Program-made: the position numbers and the translations under genes
IMG/VR virus record: IMGVR_UViG_2713897161_000001
Location: 1 to 38,517 of that record
DNA from: a virus
Taxonomy: Duplodnaviria > Heunggongvirae > Uroviricota > Caudoviricetes
Reading direction: 5' to 3' (one strand)
Length of the DNA stretch: 38,517 nucleotides
Part shown: piece by piece, positions 37,634 through 38,517 of the stretch
Layout: each line of letters begins with the position of its first letter
How positions within the stretch are numbered: position 1 is the stretch's first letter
The notes under the pieces: model-generated
What the model was told of the DNA's origin: nothing
Databases searched by the model: none
What the model saw: the letters and a program-made list of their open reading frames with translations, nothing else

Positions 37634-38238
37634 TGGACACGAAAGAAATCACTTTAGACGAAAACGGATTTGCCACGGAAGCTGGCTTTATTACCGTTTA
37701 CAACTACAATGGCGAAACGCGGGAATATATTTCTTCATCGCTTGAATTCCTGCCTTTTGGTGTTGGTGTTCCTGCTCATTCCAGCACTGATGCGCCAGGG
37801 GAAAGCAAGGCTGGCTTTGCCATCCGCAGGACCGCTGATTTGACTGGTTGGGAGCTTGTGCCAGACCATCGCGGCGAAACGGTTTACAGCACGGACAGTG
37901 GCAAGCCTGTGACCGTATCACAGTTGGGAGAATACCCGGAAGGAACAACCACCACAGCACCATCAACGCCATATGACAAATGGGATGGCGCAAAGTGGGC
38001 TACCGATAACGATGAACAGCACGCGGCGAACGTGTCCGCAGCCGAGCAACAGAAAACAAATCTGCTGAACGCCGCAAATTCAAAAATCAGCCTGTGGCAA
38101 ACGGAACTTCGGTTAGGCATTATCAGCGATGAAGACAAGGCAAGCCTTATTGCCTGGATTGGCTACATCAAAGCGGTGACGGCAACAGATACCAGCACCG
38201 CGCCGGATGTCATCTGGCCTGAACTGCCGGAGGCGTAG
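37633..38238 (+). CDS. Tail fibre assembly protein (Tfa-like chaperone)
   Basis: 201 aa; C-terminal region (LIAWIGYIKAVTATDTS...WPELP) typical of Tfa proteins as recalled. Confidence 0.7.
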   Translation: MDTKEITLDENGFATEAGFITVYNYNGETREYISSSLEFLPFGVGVPAHSSTDAPGESKAGFAIRRTADLTGWELVPDHRGETVYSTDSGKPVTVSQLGEYPEGTTTTAPSTPYDKWDGAKWATDNDEQHAANVSAAEQQKTNLLNAANSKISLWQTELRLGIISDEDKASLIAWIGYIKAVTATDTSTAPDVIWPELPEA

Positions 38239-38470
38239 GCCATTCAATATCTGGCGCACAGGACAAAACTGAGACACACAAGGCTTTGCACTGGGCGCAA
38301 GGCTTTGTGCTCTTCTATGCTGGGTGGCTACATGTTTGAAGATCGTTGTGCCGTATTTGTGACATACACATGACAACATCATGCATCAACTTTCTGTTTG
38401 TGCCATCAACTATTGCTTGGTGAATGCGGTTAATGCTTGCTAAAACAGATAGTTATGATTGGTGCTACAG

Positions 38471-38516
38471 ATTCGTAATGCGAAGGTCGTAGGTTCGACT
38501 CCTATTATCGGCACCA
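38471..38516 (+). other. att core: 46-nt 3' fragment of tRNA-Thr (thrW-type, anticodon CGT) at the prophage end (attR)
   Basis: ATTCGTAATGCGAAGGTCGTAGGTTCGACTCCTATTATCGGCACCA matches my recollection of the 3' part of E. coli thrW; upstream sequence does not form the 5' half of a tRNA. Confidence 0.6.
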
Positions 38517-38517
38517 T

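Larger units (their letters stand above)
1..38517. mobile_element. Lambdoid prophage, right-hand portion (recombination module through tail genes to attR); mosaic of lambda/P22-type early and lysis genes with a contractile-tail morphogenesis module
   Basis: Contiguous phage gene order RecT, N, cI, cro, cII, O, helicase, nin genes, Q, S-R-Rz, terminase, portal, capsid, tail, ending in a tRNA-Thr 3' fragment typical of an att core. Confidence 0.85.

Noticed and set aside
38113-38382. 89-aa minus-strand ORF across the tail fibre assembly gene end and the att arm
   Set aside because: Overlaps a supported gene and a probable non-coding att arm; no RBS.
38457-38517. Complete tRNA gene at the window end
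   Set aside because: Only the 3' 46 nt match tRNA-Thr; upstream bases cannot form acceptor or D arms, so it is treated as an att core fragment.
1-38517. CRISPR array or integrase/excisionase genes
   Set aside because: No regularly spaced short direct repeats seen; integrase would lie beyond the left edge near attL, outside this window.

Overview
The window is the right-hand ~38.5 kb of an integrated lambdoid prophage, running from the recombination module to the attR junction. Order (left to right): minus-strand early-left operon (RecT, Gp157-like, cIII-like, accessory ORFs, P22-type N with nutL boxB); immunity region (KilA-N gene downstream of a LexA-like cI repressor, OL/OR operators, Cro-like, cII); replication (O-like initiator with internal iterons, DnaB-type helicase); nin region that I recognise from memory as near-lambda (NinB, adenine methyltransferase, NinE, NinF, antirepressor, YbcO-like, RusA, NinH, Ser/Thr phosphatase); 82-type Q with a pR'/tR' unit; HNH endonuclease and two tRNA genes; lambda-type lysis cassette (S, R, Rz, embedded Rz1); then terminase, portal, head genes and a contractile-tail/baseplate module (sheath-like, tube-like, chaperone, tape measure with lytic transglycosylase domain, V/W/J/I-like baseplate genes, tail fibre, fibre assembly). 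The last 46 nt match my memory of the 3' end of E. coli tRNA-Thr (thrW), so the window probably ends at attR. The most interesting feature is an AT-rich two-gene cargo island inside the tail module (lipoprotein plus DUF4236-like membrane protein); the lipoprotein carries a 17-residue motif nearly identical to a segment of the phage's own tape measure protein. Other notable points are a KilA-N gene in the position lambda uses for rexAB, and an unannotated -1 frameshift site (G GGA AAT) at the end of the tail chaperone gene. All homology statements are from recall of protein families, not database searches. No CRISPR array or integrase is present in the window.
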